Part shown: one piece after another, positions 38,054 through 47,839 of the stretch
How positions within the stretch are numbered: position 1 is the first letter of the stretch
Layout: each line of letters opens with the position of its first letter
DNA from: Candidatus Bathyarchaeota archaeon
GTDB lineage: Archaea > Thermoproteota > Bathyarchaeia > Bathyarchaeales > Bathycorpusculaceae
Length of the DNA: 64,000 nt
Direction of reading: 5' to 3'
Assembly (NCBI GenBank): GCA_963782525.1
Contig: CAWAKC010000004.1
Coordinates: 96,001-160,000, forward strand
Notes under the pieces: generated by a model
What the model saw: only the letters and a program-made list of their open reading frames with translations
Database searches by the model: none
What the model was told of the DNA's origin: nothing
Program-made: the position numbers and the translations under genes

Positions 38054-40509
38054 GTAATTCACAAACACCCACTAAACAAACAGAAACATGCGTTGCTTGC
38101 AAACCTGAAGAGTTTTTGCGAGTTGGCGTTTTCGTTTGCCACTGCGGCTTAAACATTGCAGGAACAGTAGACGTTAAAGCCGTAGCCGAATACGCCAAAA
38201 CTATTCCAGACGTGGTTTTTGTTAAAGAAAACCGTTACACCTGCGCAGACCCTGGACAAGCAGAAATCCGCAAAGCCATCAAAGAACAAAACCTAAACCG
38301 TGTAGTCATCGCCGCATGCTCACCAAGAATGCATGAACCCACCTTCCGCCGAACAGTCTCTGAAGCAGGCTTAAACCCGTTCCTCTACGAAATGGCAAAC
38401 ATCAGAGAATTCGCTTCATGGTGCCACCAAAGCGACCCCCAAGCCGCAACCGAACGAGCCAAAGACTCTGTACGCATGGCAGTCGCAAAAGTACGCCTGA
38501 TGCAGCCTCTGCAAACCATCGAAGTTCCAGTTACCAACAAAGCACTTATCATAGGCGGCGGAATCGCAGGCATGAACGCAGCCTTAGATTTAGCCGAAAT
38601 GGGCTACAAAGTCTACATGTTAGAGAACACCCAGAGCATCGGCGGACACATGGCGGCACTCGACAAAACTTTCCCCACCCTCGACTGTAGCATCTGCATC
38701 GAAGGACCAAAAATGGTAGACTGCGCACGTCACCCAAACATCACAATCTTCGCAAACTCAGAACTAGTCAAAGTTGACGGTTACATCGGCAACTTCAAAG
38801 TAAAAATACGCAAAAACGCCCGCTACGTCCTAACCGACAAATGCACAGGCTGCGGCGAATGCAAAGACGCTTGCCCAATCGAGTACCCCAACGAATGGGA
38901 CATGAATTTGGGCACACGGAAAGCAATTTCTGTTCCCTTCGACCAGACTGTGCCGCTGATTTACTCGATCAACCGCGATTACTGCATTGAATGCTTCAAA
39001 TGCACGGAAGCCTGCGGCGAACGCCAAGCCATCGACTTCAACCAAAAACCTGAAGAAGTCGAGTTTGATGTGGGCGCAATCATCGTTTCCACTGGCTTTG
39101 ATATTTACCTGCCCTATGACATGCCTTTGCTTGGCTACGGGAAATACCCCGACGTCATCACAAGCATGGAATTCGAACGATTAATCCTAGCCGCTGGACC
39201 CACAGGCGGCAAAGTTATCCGCCAATCCGACGGACAAAAACCACACAAAATCGTCTTTATCCAATGTGTCGGTAGCCGAGACAAAACCCACTACCCTTAC
39301 TGCTGCAACTTCGGATGCATGTACACCCTCAAACACGTGGTACAGCTTAAGGAGAAGTACAAAGAAGACATAGAAGTCTACGTTTTCTACATGGACATCC
39401 GCAGTCCAGGCAAAGGCTACGAAGAATTCTATGACCGCGCAAGGGAACGAGGCGTAAACTTCATTCGTGGACGAGTTAGCCGTATCGATGAAGACCCTAA
39501 AACCCACAACTTAACCGTTCACTCAGAAGATACACTGCTAGGGACACCCATCGAAGTTGAAGCCGACATGGTTGTTCTAGCAACTGCAGCTATACCCAAG
39601 AAAGGCTCTGAAGACATTGCTCGTATCCTTAACCTCTCAAGGGGTTCAGACGGCTTCTTCATGGAAGCACACCCCAAACTTAAACCCATGGATGCACCCA
39701 CTGACGGAGTATTCTATGCCGGTGCATGTGTAGGCTTAAAGGATATACCAGCCAGTGTTTCCCAAGGAAGCGGAGCAGCATCCCGGGCAGCAACAGTAAT
39801 CAGCAAACCAAAATGGAAGATCGAACCCATCATCTCAGTCATTGACGAAACCAAATGCAAGAGTTGCGGTCTCTGCGTCGACAAATGTCCCTACGGCGCA
39901 ATAAGGTTAGAAAAGCCAAAATCAGCACAAATAATTACTGCAAGCTGTCATGGCTGCGGAACATGCGTAGCCGAATGCCCACAACACGCCATTACTCAAA
40001 TGCACTTCACTGACGCACAAATCATAGCTCAAATCCGGGCGGCGCTTGAAGATAAGCCCGAAGAAAAAATCCTTGCCATCCTCTGCAACTGGTGCAGTTA
40101 CGCAGGGGCAGACCTTGCAGGCATTAGCAGATGTGACTACCCAGCCAGCGTAAGAGCAATCCGTGTCATGTGCAGTGGAAGAGTTGCCAGAGAATTTGTT
40201 CTCGAAGCCCTCAGATTGGGTGCAGGAATGGTTCTTCTCGGCGCGTGCCACTTACCATACGACTGCCACTACATCAGCGGAAACTACAAGATGAAAGCCC
40301 GTACTGATGCCCTCAAAGGTATGCTGACCAAATTGGGTATGAGCCCCGAGCGGTTCCGAGTAGAATACGTTTCAGCAGCAGAAGGCATCCACTACGCTGA
40401 AGTAATCAAGGAAATCGATGCTGACATGAAGGCTTTGGGTAAAGAGAAGATTCAAGCAGAAAACGCCAAGTTAAAGCCAATTCTTGAAAACATGCTTAAA
40501 CGCAAATAA
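38050..40509 (+). CDS. hdrA: Heterodisulfide reductase subunit A fused to MvhD
   Basis: GVFVCHCG, ACSP, GGGIAG, KTFPTLDC, QCVGSRD; C-terminal CNWCSY..RVMCSGR..CHY (MvhD). Confidence 0.92.
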   Translation: MSNSQTPTKQTETCVACKPEEFLRVGVFVCHCGLNIAGTVDVKAVAEYAKTIPDVVFVKENRYTCADPGQAEIRKAIKEQNLNRVVIAACSPRMHEPTFRRTVSEAGLNPFLYEMANIREFASWCHQSDPQAATERAKDSVRMAVAKVRLMQPLQTIEVPVTNKALIIGGGIAGMNAALDLAEMGYKVYMLENTQSIGGHMAALDKTFPTLDCSICIEGPKMVDCARHPNITIFANSELVKVDGYIGNFKVKIRKNARYVLTDKCTGCGECKDACPIEYPNEWDMNLGTRKAISVPFDQTVPLIYSINRDYCIECFKCTEACGERQAIDFNQKPEEVEFDVGAIIVSTGFDIYLPYDMPLLGYGKYPDVITSMEFERLILAAGPTGGKVIRQSDGQKPHKIVFIQCVGSRDKTHYPYCCNFGCMYTLKHVVQLKEKYKEDIEVYVFYMDIRSPGKGYEEFYDRARERGVNFIRGRVSRIDEDPKTHNLTVHSEDTLLGTPIEVEADMVVLATAAIPKKGSEDIARILNLSRGSDGFFMEAHPKLKPMDAPTDGVFYAGACVGLKDIPASVSQGSGAASRAATVISKPKWKIEPIISVIDETKCKSCGLCVDKCPYGAIRLEKPKSAQIITASCHGCGTCVAECPQHAITQMHFTDAQIIAQIRAALEDKPEEKILAILCNWCSYAGADLAGISRCDYPASVRAIRVMCSGRVAREFVLEALRLGAGMVLLGACHLPYDCHYISGNYKMKARTDALKGMLTKLGMSPERFRVEYVSAAEGIHYAEVIKEIDADMKALGKEKIQAENAKLKPILENMLKRK

Positions 40510-40581
40510 GCAATTTCCGCTGCCTTCTTTTTCTTTTTAAGTTTTTGCCTATTAGCTACTCGTGGTAGAATAGTTGTCTTG

Positions 40582-41247
40582 TTAGAACTGTTTTCTCTCA
40601 AACAAAGCTACCGCCGCCAACAGCAACACCGTAGCTACAATTGCCGCTAACACAATTGTAAACACAGCAGCCTCTTGAACGTTAAGCAACGTTGGCAGTA
40701 ACGGTATGACTGAAATCTGGTTTCCTCCATAGATAACTAAGATGGCTCCGATGAGAACTGATGGCGAGGCCACTCCGATTAGTACGCCTGCCGCACATGA
40801 AACCGCAATCATCGACAGGCTCGTTGCCAAAGATTGCCCTGCGTTGTTCAAAATTGCATTAGACAAGGTGCCTGTAGAGGCATAATCCGTTATCATCCCA
40901 GCTAACACTGCGATGCCGCTCGCGATGGCTACGCAAGTGTATACTGAGAAGAATTTTGCCAGTAGAATATCTCTTCGTTTGAGGGGGCGGATCAAGAAGA
41001 GGTCGTAGACGTGCCTGTTTTTTTCGTTGATTATGAATACAGCAAGCATTACTGCAGCTAAGGTGCCGCCGATACTTGAAACCACCAAAGCAGAGATAAG
41101 TGTAAATGAAAGACTCTGCCCCGTACTGCCCTCTGAGAGAGGGCGGAACAGCAACGCAATAACGGGTAAGCCAACCCATAGGAAAATCATAACTTTAGAC
41201 TTGTAGAAGCCCCGTAGCTCATCTACAAAAAGAAGACCTGTCTTCAT
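40582..41247 (-). CDS. ABC-2 type permease
   Basis: 6 TM, EKNR...RPLKRRDILLAK; coupled to the ATPase gene. Confidence 0.8.
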   Translation of the reverse strand: MKTGLLFVDELRGFYKSKVMIFLWVGLPVIALLFRPLSEGSTGQSLSFTLISALVVSSIGGTLAAVMLAVFIINEKNRHVYDLFLIRPLKRRDILLAKFFSVYTCVAIASGIAVLAGMITDYASTGTLSNAILNNAGQSLATSLSMIAVSCAAGVLIGVASPSVLIGAILVIYGGNQISVIPLLPTLLNVQEAAVFTIVLAAIVATVLLLAAVALFERKQF

Positions 41248-42212
41248 TAGTTCTCAGCCTCCGAAACATAGTTAAGGTAAATTTCATCCAGCGAAGGCTC
41301 CAGCAACGAGACGCCCCGTACACGAAGGCCCAACTTGACTATGCTTTGAACTATGTCGTTAACAACTTGGTCATCATCTGCCTCTGATTCCAAATGGACA
41401 AGGATTCTTCCCGGCGTAGGTTGCTCAACGATCTTTACGTTTTTGATTGCACCAAATTGTTGCCATTTATCGCTAACAAACGAAAGCAGCACCTGAACGG
41501 TCTTTTGGGATACTAAGCGGTTTTTTAACTCGTTTAGTGTGCCGACTTGCTTGATTTTTCCGTGGCTGATGATGCCGATCCTGTCGGCGACATCTTGCAC
41601 GTCGCTTAGGATATGCGAAGAAAATAGGCTGGTAGTCCCCTTTTTAGCCAACTTCAAGACAATCTCTTTAAACTGGAAGCGACTCAGCGGGTCCAATCCG
41701 CCCAGTGGCTCATCCAAAACCAAAAACTTTGGCTCATGCAAAAGGGCCTGTGCCAACCCCACCTTCTGCACCATACCTCCAGACAACTGCGAAACCTTTT
41801 TGTGTTGTGCTTCGGCTAATCCGAGTAAACCCAAAATTTCGGGGATACGTTCTTCAACTTTTTGGTCGCTGAGACCTGAGAGTTTCCCAAACGTTGTAAG
41901 TGCTTGGTCGACGGTGCGCCACTCTTGGAAAGCTACACTCTGAGGCAGGTAACCGAGAAGTTTGTGGATTTCGTCTTTTCTTTTGGGCACCTGGTAGCCG
42001 CCTATCGAAACTTCACCTTGAAAATCGGTGATTAAGCCCACAAGGATTTTCATGGTTGTTGTTTTTCCAGCGCCGTTTGGACCGATGTAACCGAAGATTT
42101 CCCCTTCTTTAATATCAAAGGACACATCGTTTAGGGCGGGGAAACCGCCGAAGCTTTTGGCAAGGTTGCGGATGACGACGAATTCATTGGTGTTGTTGGG
42201 GCTGCTGGTCAT
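41247..42212 (-). CDS. ABC transporter ATP-binding protein
   Basis: GPNGAGKT, LSGGM, LDEP, SSH. Confidence 0.92.
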   Translation of the reverse strand: MTSSPNNTNEFVVIRNLAKSFGGFPALNDVSFDIKEGEIFGYIGPNGAGKTTTMKILVGLITDFQGEVSIGGYQVPKRKDEIHKLLGYLPQSVAFQEWRTVDQALTTFGKLSGLSDQKVEERIPEILGLLGLAEAQHKKVSQLSGGMVQKVGLAQALLHEPKFLVLDEPLGGLDPLSRFQFKEIVLKLAKKGTTSLFSSHILSDVQDVADRIGIISHGKIKQVGTLNELKNRLVSQKTVQVLLSFVSDKWQQFGAIKNVKIVEQPTPGRILVHLESEADDDQVVNDIVQSIVKLGLRVRGVSLLEPSLDEIYLNYVSEAEN

Positions 42213-42386
42213 GTTGGTTCACGCTGGTTGCTTTATCTTTTTTGTGGGGTTACCATTTAAGTTTTTCAGTTTGAAACAGCTAATACCAACTACCGCTCTT
42301 AGAGTTTTTCTAAAAAATGGTTATTTTTTCAGTGTAAATATTTTTACGGGTGCCTGCTCAAGTATTGGTTTACTGCCTAGCAGGGT

Positions 42387-42414
42387 GGGGTTGTAGTCTA
42401 GACAGGTATGACGA
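42387..42414 (+). pseudogene. 5' fragment (acceptor strand plus D-arm) of a second tRNA-Trp-like gene
   Basis: GGGGTTGTAGTCTAGACAGGTATGACGA compared with tRNA-Trp GGGGTTGTAGTATAGCCAGGTAGTACGG; compensatory D-stem changes. Confidence 0.65.
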
Positions 42415-42625
42415 TACCTGACAGAATTTCTGCAACACCTACCAGAATTTTTCAGCCCTTAGGGCTCAATTTAGAAATAGAAACAGTACTATTCTTAGCC
42501 ACGTCAGACGAATGGATAAGCAAAGTATCCTATAGCTTAGAAGAAGAACGCTACTATTCGAAGCAGGCTTTCAATTAGTTAGAAGGTAAAAGAAATAAAA
42601 GCACTCTATAAGAAAAGAAAATAAA

Positions 42626-42765
42626 TGGTGGGGCTGATCGGATTTGAACCGATGACCAACGGGTTTCCCCAAAGTAGACCGCTCCAGAATTTCGTCATCC
42701 CCTAACGGGTCAAGCAATCAATGCTTTCTGGAGCCCGCCGTACTACCTGGCTATACTACAACCCC
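42626..42765 (-). tRNA. tRNA-Trp(CCA) with 63-nt intron at 37/38 (42665-42727); CCA encoded
   Basis: Full cloverleaf; anticodon loop CUCCAG/A; BHB with CUCC:GGGG helix and AGA / AAA bulges; T-loop UUCAAAU; TATA TTTTTATA upstream. Confidence 0.92.
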
Positions 42766-42960
42766 ACGTTATTTTTAGAAAGATACGAGAAGAATTATAA
42801 AAAGGCACCTACCAAAATAAGAAACGAAAATAGGGTGAGTCATTTCCGCTCCGCATGCGCTCCATCAACAAACCCCAAAAATTTTTTGCCCCCAGGCAAG
42901 CAGAGACAGAGAGAAACACCGAAACAAAACAAGAGACACAGAAAGAACTAAGGCTAATGG

Positions 42961-43119
42961 CAGGTATGACGACGGGCTCTGAAAGCAACCATACAACGGG
43001 TTTGCTGACTCCGCGAGGAGAATGACGAATTTCCGGAGCGGTCATGAAGAAACCCGTAAACTTTGGCTTAGCGCCATCGTTGGGTAAAGGTCGTCCGTTC
43101 AAATCCGGCCGGCCCACCA
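42961..43119 (+). pseudogene. 3' portion of degenerate tRNA-Trp-like gene with intron and extra variable-loop insertion
   Basis: ACGGG/CCCGT anticodon stem, intron homologous to the tRNA-Trp intron, and a GTTCAAATCCGGCCGGCCCACCA end. Anticodon loop and T-stem are damaged. Confidence 0.7.
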
Positions 43120-43151
43120 CAAAGCTGGCAGATTTCTACAAAAAATAGTTT

Positions 43152-43685
43152 CTAAAGGTCTACGCCCATGTTCTCGATTAACCTATCTAAGGCTTTAGTA
43201 CTCATCATTTCAGTTTGAAGATAAACCCGAATTTCAGCAGCGCTAAATCCGATGCGTTTAGCTTCTTTCACAGCGTAGCGGTATGCTTCAATTTCTGTTG
43301 GTCTGTCAGCATAGTCGTAGCGGGGATCAAACAATTCTCTTCCGTCCATATGCTGCTTCACATGGCAAAGTTCATGGACAATGTCGAGATATATGTCCTG
43401 TTTGCGTCCAGTGCTTAGGTAACGTTTGTTTACGAGTAAGTGTCCGTCGCTGTCGTCGACACCCATGTATCCAAACCAGATGAAATCTACTTTGAGGTTT
43501 TTGAGAACTTGCTCGGTTTCTTTCCCAAATATTCCTTGGACAGCATGGTTTTTTTCAAAGCCCCGAAAATAATCTGTAAAATTTGCTTTCCGCGAAACCA
43601 GATGAATGATTCCCCTCAAGGGCAGCTTAGTGAACAGGCGAAAAATTCGCATCATTATGTATTCTGTTGCGTTTTGGAATGACAC
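43152..43685 (-). CDS. Hypothetical zincin-like protein (HExxH); start uncertain
   Basis: IVHELCHV followed by EIEAY. Confidence 0.65.
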   Translation of the reverse strand: MSFQNATEYIMMRIFRLFTKLPLRGIIHLVSRKANFTDYFRGFEKNHAVQGIFGKETEQVLKNLKVDFIWFGYMGVDDSDGHLLVNKRYLSTGRKQDIYLDIVHELCHVKQHMDGRELFDPRYDYADRPTEIEAYRYAVKEAKRIGFSAAEIRVYLQTEMMSTKALDRLIENMGVDL

Positions 43686-44510
43686 AGAAAGTATCCTACC
43701 CGAAGTTTGTATAGGCGCAGATTTTTAGCGAATCCAAGTCTTAGCACCGGCAGATGCTTCATGTACCGAGTTTTAATTTAAAATACTTTTCCAAAGACAG
43801 CGTAGCAACACAGAATGGCATGGAAGACTTAGTCTGCGCCAGAGATTTTAGAAGAAGCCATTTTCAGACTCTTCGTGTCTTTCCTTGTATTTCTTTACGA
43901 TTTGCGCAACAAAATCGTCGGCGCATCTTCCCTGCTTGGAGCAGTTTCGACAGGCTTTTGGCACTGAGATGATAACAGCCGCATTGCCTAGAAAATAGTC
44001 GATTCTTAGGTTTCTTATTTTGCATTTTTTTATCGCGCGATTTGGCTGAACGGTGGTTATACCGAATTTTGCCTTTGCCTCAACTAATTCTTTGAAGAGT
44101 TCACCCAAAAAAGTCGTCCCTTGCGATTTGAAAAATCCACGAAGTATCCGTCTCCGAGTTTTTTGATTATTGGCTTTTTCTCTCCTTGAAACGTAGTATT
44201 GGCAAACAAAAGTGGTTTTGTAGATTTAAAATGTTGTGGTTGTATACAAACAATCACAAACCTAAAAAAATTAGGAAAAAATGCTACATCTTAACAATTT
44301 TTAGCCACTACAAAAGCCTCGCGTATTTTTTGATGGTTCTCTAAAACATTCACGACCTCGTGAGCTTCAAGTTTAGTGGATAATGAAGTATTTGGGACAA
44401 CTAAAATTCCCACGGTCGCGGCTACGAACCTAAACATGCAGATGACTCCCTCTCATTGAGTATACCTTTTAAGCAGCCGCATCGTAAGGTTTGCGAAGAA
44501 GAGATAATCA

Positions 44511-45452
44511 ATGCCATCAATAGAAGCAATTAATTTAACAAAACAGTACGGCGCATTCACAGCTCTCTCAGATTTAAACTTGAAGATTGAGGGAACAAAA
44601 TGCGTCGGTTTCCTTGGACCTAACGGGGCAGGAAAAACAACCGCTCTAAAAATGTTCACCGACCTGATCAAACCAACCAAAGGGCAAGCACTCATAAACG
44701 GCGTAAACGTGCACACCCACAAGAAAAAAGCACTTGAATGCGTTGGCACACTTATTGAAACTCCAGAAATTTATTCATCACTTACGCCAAGAGAAGCCTT
44801 AACGATGATTGCGGAAATACGGGGAATTCCACATGCTGAGAGAAAAAAACGAGTGGAAGAAGTTACTGCGGAATTGCGCATGGAAGAGTGGATTGATAAG
44901 CGTGTAGGCAAGTTTTCTAAGGGCATGAAACAGCGAATCTGCATTGCCTCTGCATTACTAGGTGACCCAGAAGTGATTCTTTTAGATGAACCCACCACAG
45001 GGCTTGACCCGCGAGGCATGAGTGAAGTCCGCGATATCATCAAAGGGCTCAAAGGCAAAAACCGCCTAATATTCATGAGCTCCCACATTCTAAGCGAGGT
45101 TTCTGATGTCTGTGATGAAGTTGCCATGATAAACCATGGCAAACTTATCGTTTACGACACCCTGCCTCATGTGACCGCAAAGTTTTCAGGCGGAAACAAC
45201 ATCGTCGAAGTTGGATTGGTGCGTCCAGTAGACATACAAATCGTAACCCAAACCATCGCTGCCTTGCCAGATGTGGTTACTGCCGAAAAAATAGGCGACA
45301 AAGACCTCAAGATAAGTTTCAGTGGGGGTTTAGCTGTGCAGGAACGTCTCCTAAACAACATAGTTAAACTTAACATTGGTGTTGTAAGCTACAAAGCTGC
45401 GTCATCTGAACTTGAAGATGTATATCTTAAACTTATAACCGCTACGTTGTGA
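44511..45452 (+). CDS. ABC transporter ATP-binding protein
   Basis: GPNGAGKT, FSKGM, LDEP, SSH. Confidence 0.92.
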   Translation: MPSIEAINLTKQYGAFTALSDLNLKIEGTKCVGFLGPNGAGKTTALKMFTDLIKPTKGQALINGVNVHTHKKKALECVGTLIETPEIYSSLTPREALTMIAEIRGIPHAERKKRVEEVTAELRMEEWIDKRVGKFSKGMKQRICIASALLGDPEVILLDEPTTGLDPRGMSEVRDIIKGLKGKNRLIFMSSHILSEVSDVCDEVAMINHGKLIVYDTLPHVTAKFSGGNNIVEVGLVRPVDIQIVTQTIAALPDVVTAEKIGDKDLKISFSGGLAVQERLLNNIVKLNIGVVSYKAASSELEDVYLKLITATL

Positions 45453-45457
45453 TAGTT

Positions 45458-46312
45458 ATGACCCAAACAAACTTTGAATCAAAAAATGTTGTACCAAGCA
45501 GTATTGCCCAGGTAGGCATAATCACCAAGTACACTCTACTTGACTACATAAGGTCCCGTCGCTTCTTTATTATGCTGATTATAACAGCGCTGATAAGTGT
45601 GCTTCTCACGGTTCTTGTGGGATATTACCGTCCAGCTGGCTTTCTAACGTCTGAGCTTGGCTTCTACAGTAGCTGGTGGGGCACCTCAGTTACGTTTGTG
45701 ATTATTCTTTCCGGAATTTTCTTTGGCGGCGATGCAATTTCAGGTGAATTCCAAAACAAAACAGGGTACTTTGGAGTGCCAAACCCCATCAGGCGGTCAT
45801 CCATCTATATAGGAAAATGGATCGCAGCCTTTATAGCGTCAATCGCCATCCTTGGTGTATTCACAGCTGTCACATTAGGGAACGGCTTATACTATTTCTC
45901 AGGTGTGCCCTATCAATTCGGTGAGTCACTGCTGTTCGCATTGCTATACCTTATTGCTGTTCTTGGCTTCACATTCTTCTTTAGCTCACTTTTCAAAAGC
46001 AGCTCCATGTCTATCCTGCTTACGGCGATACTGTTCCTGTTCGTCTTCACACTAATACAACAACTTGTCGCTGGGCTTGTCCAAATTGAGCCTTGGTTCA
46101 TCTTGACATATGGCTCCCAAATCATCGGCAACGTATTAACATCGCCCTATCCACCCCACATAACCACAACCAGCCTACGTCCTGGCGGTGGCGGACCCAC
46201 ACTAACAACATACAACGCAACAATCCCCGAAGGACTCGCAATCATGGCAATATACTTCGCTGTCACCGCAATCTTAGGCTTGATTCTCTTCGAAAGAAAA
46301 GAATTCAACTAA
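45458..46312 (+). CDS. ABC-2 type permease
   Basis: DAISGEFQNKT...PIRRSSIYIGK; 6 TM. Confidence 0.85.
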   Translation: MTQTNFESKNVVPSSIAQVGIITKYTLLDYIRSRRFFIMLIITALISVLLTVLVGYYRPAGFLTSELGFYSSWWGTSVTFVIILSGIFFGGDAISGEFQNKTGYFGVPNPIRRSSIYIGKWIAAFIASIAILGVFTAVTLGNGLYYFSGVPYQFGESLLFALLYLIAVLGFTFFFSSLFKSSSMSILLTAILFLFVFTLIQQLVAGLVQIEPWFILTYGSQIIGNVLTSPYPPHITTTSLRPGGGGPTLTTYNATIPEGLAIMAIYFAVTAILGLILFERKEFN

Positions 46313-46320
46313 ACCAAACG

Positions 46321-46348
46321 GTCGGTTCAAATCCGACCTACCCCACCA
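46321..46348 (+). repeat. Isolated tRNA 3' end (T-arm, acceptor strand, CCA); att-like scar
   Basis: GTCGG-TTCAAAT-CCGAC-CTACCCC-ACCA with no upstream tRNA body. Confidence 0.7.
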
Positions 46349-46518
46349 ACATTAACACAAAATTTTCCTTGAACTAAGTAAAAGCAGGAAATTTAATAAC
46401 GGTATAGATTTTATCATTTGTAAGGATCATGAGTGCGGAAAAAAACCATTCAAGCCAGGGCTACTTAGGCAGCATTCAGAAAGACTTCGCCAATTTCGCT
46501 AAGCAACAATGCATTAAG

Positions 46519-47103
46519 TTATGTCTTGACGGTTTTTAGCCACTCTAAAAAGCCCTCACGCACCTTCGCAGGGTTCTCAAACACACGCACATCTTCAGTG
46601 CCTTCAAGCCTTCGTACCTGCTCGGCTTCTTCTTTGCGTACACGAATTTTCATTTCTTTACCGTTGGGCAGTTTGGTTAAGATGACGCTTTCTTTGTAGT
46701 CTACGGGCATGATCCAGACAGGCACAAATGCTTTAAGGCTCATCAGCGCCGAGTTTGTGAGCAGGGTGTCGCCGATGCCGTTGACCAGTTTCGCAACGGT
46801 GTTTGAGGATGTGGGCATTATGAGGAGGAACTTGTATTTGTGGTTCTGCATCATGCCTGCGAGGAAGGGCGAATTCGAATTTAATTCAACAAATACTTTG
46901 GCGAAACTTTTCTTTAGCTCCTCGTCGAGGTGGTAGAATTTGAGCATGGTTTCGCCTGCTTTAGAGATATAAACATCAATTTCTACTGTGTCTTCGGATT
47001 GTTTTTTGAGGTCTTTCATGACTTCGATGATTTCTGCGATTTTGTCGCCTGCACCCGTAATTCCCCATGCAACTTTGAGTTTCTTAACTTTAACTTCCGC
47101 CAT
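46519..47103 (-). CDS. afpA: Archaeoflavoprotein AfpA family
   Basis: VAWGITGAG, NSPFLAG, SNTVAKLVNGIGDTL. Confidence 0.8.
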   Translation of the reverse strand: MAEVKVKKLKVAWGITGAGDKIAEIIEVMKDLKKQSEDTVEIDVYISKAGETMLKFYHLDEELKKSFAKVFVELNSNSPFLAGMMQNHKYKFLLIMPTSSNTVAKLVNGIGDTLLTNSALMSLKAFVPVWIMPVDYKESVILTKLPNGKEMKIRVRKEEAEQVRRLEGTEDVRVFENPAKVREGFLEWLKTVKT

Positions 47104-47112
47104 AACATTCAC

Positions 47113-47706
47113 CTATTGTTTTTTGCCGTAGAGCTCCAGGTACTCTGCGAACCGTTTAGTGGTTTTTTTGAGGCTCCGGAAGCCCTCCTCATCCAACTTG
47201 ACGCCATCCAACGTGTCCTTAGACCAAAAGGTTGCGCCTAGGTTTGCGCCGAAGAATCCGCCGCCTACCCCAATCATTCCATTTATCACGAAAAAGTTGT
47301 GTATCTGCATGAGGGCAAATTCTTGGCCGCCGTTGCGGTCGCCGCCGCATACGATGCCCATGCCAACTTTGCCTTTGAAAAAGTTTTTGTCTGCGGCAAC
47401 TGCTGCGCGCATTCGGTCCATGACGGCTTTGGTTTGGGCACTGACGCCGCCATTGTAGACTGGCGACGCAAAGATGATGCCTTGGGCTCCCGTTAACAGG
47501 GCATAGAGTTCTTGGAGGTCATCTTGTACAACGCATTCCTTGTTTTTTAGGCAGTAATCGCAGTGTGCACAGTAATCCACCCATTTGCCACGGACAGTCC
47601 AGAGCTTGGTCTCATAGCCCTTTTCGGCGAGCGTTTTTAGGGCTTCTTCTAGGACGTGTTCGGTCGATTGTTTTCTTGGGCTACCGCAAACTCCAACAAT
47701 CAGCAT
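47113..47706 (-). CDS. Iron-sulfur flavoprotein / flavodoxin family
   Basis: GSPR, CAHCDYC-x5-C, SPVY, RNGGQE. Confidence 0.88.
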   Translation of the reverse strand: MLIVGVCGSPRKQSTEHVLEEALKTLAEKGYETKLWTVRGKWVDYCAHCDYCLKNKECVVQDDLQELYALLTGAQGIIFASPVYNGGVSAQTKAVMDRMRAAVAADKNFFKGKVGMGIVCGGDRNGGQEFALMQIHNFFVINGMIGVGGGFFGANLGATFWSKDTLDGVKLDEEGFRSLKKTTKRFAEYLELYGKKQ

Positions 47707-47839
47707 AAGCAGTCACTAATGGGTAACTTGGGGTTTGCTTTAAGTATTCCCCTTTTGAAAAAATAAGGCATTAATTAAAACAAAAACTCAAAAATTTAAA
47801 AAACGAAAATAAGAAAAGAGAAAATTAGGAGAAAGAAGA

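Noticed and set aside
42408-42578. 56-aa ORF MTIPDRIS...
   Set aside because: Starts inside the tRNA fragment and has no motif or clear expression signals.
42415-42960. Giant cis-intron in the D-arm of the second tRNA
   Set aside because: TACCTG/CAGGTA could pair, but no 4-bp central helix with 3-nt bulges forms and splicing would not restore the register.
42973-43030. SAM-I riboswitch or hammerhead resemblance (AGCAACC...GCTGACTCC; CTGA...GAAA)
   Set aside because: Better explained by homology to the tRNA-Trp intron K-turn; the core elements of those RNAs are missing.
42721-43120. ORFs 42721-42951 and 42809-43120
   Set aside because: They overlap tRNA and tRNA-like sequence.
43754-44108. 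Short ORFs within the islet
   Set aside because: No recognisable domain; probably decayed sequence.
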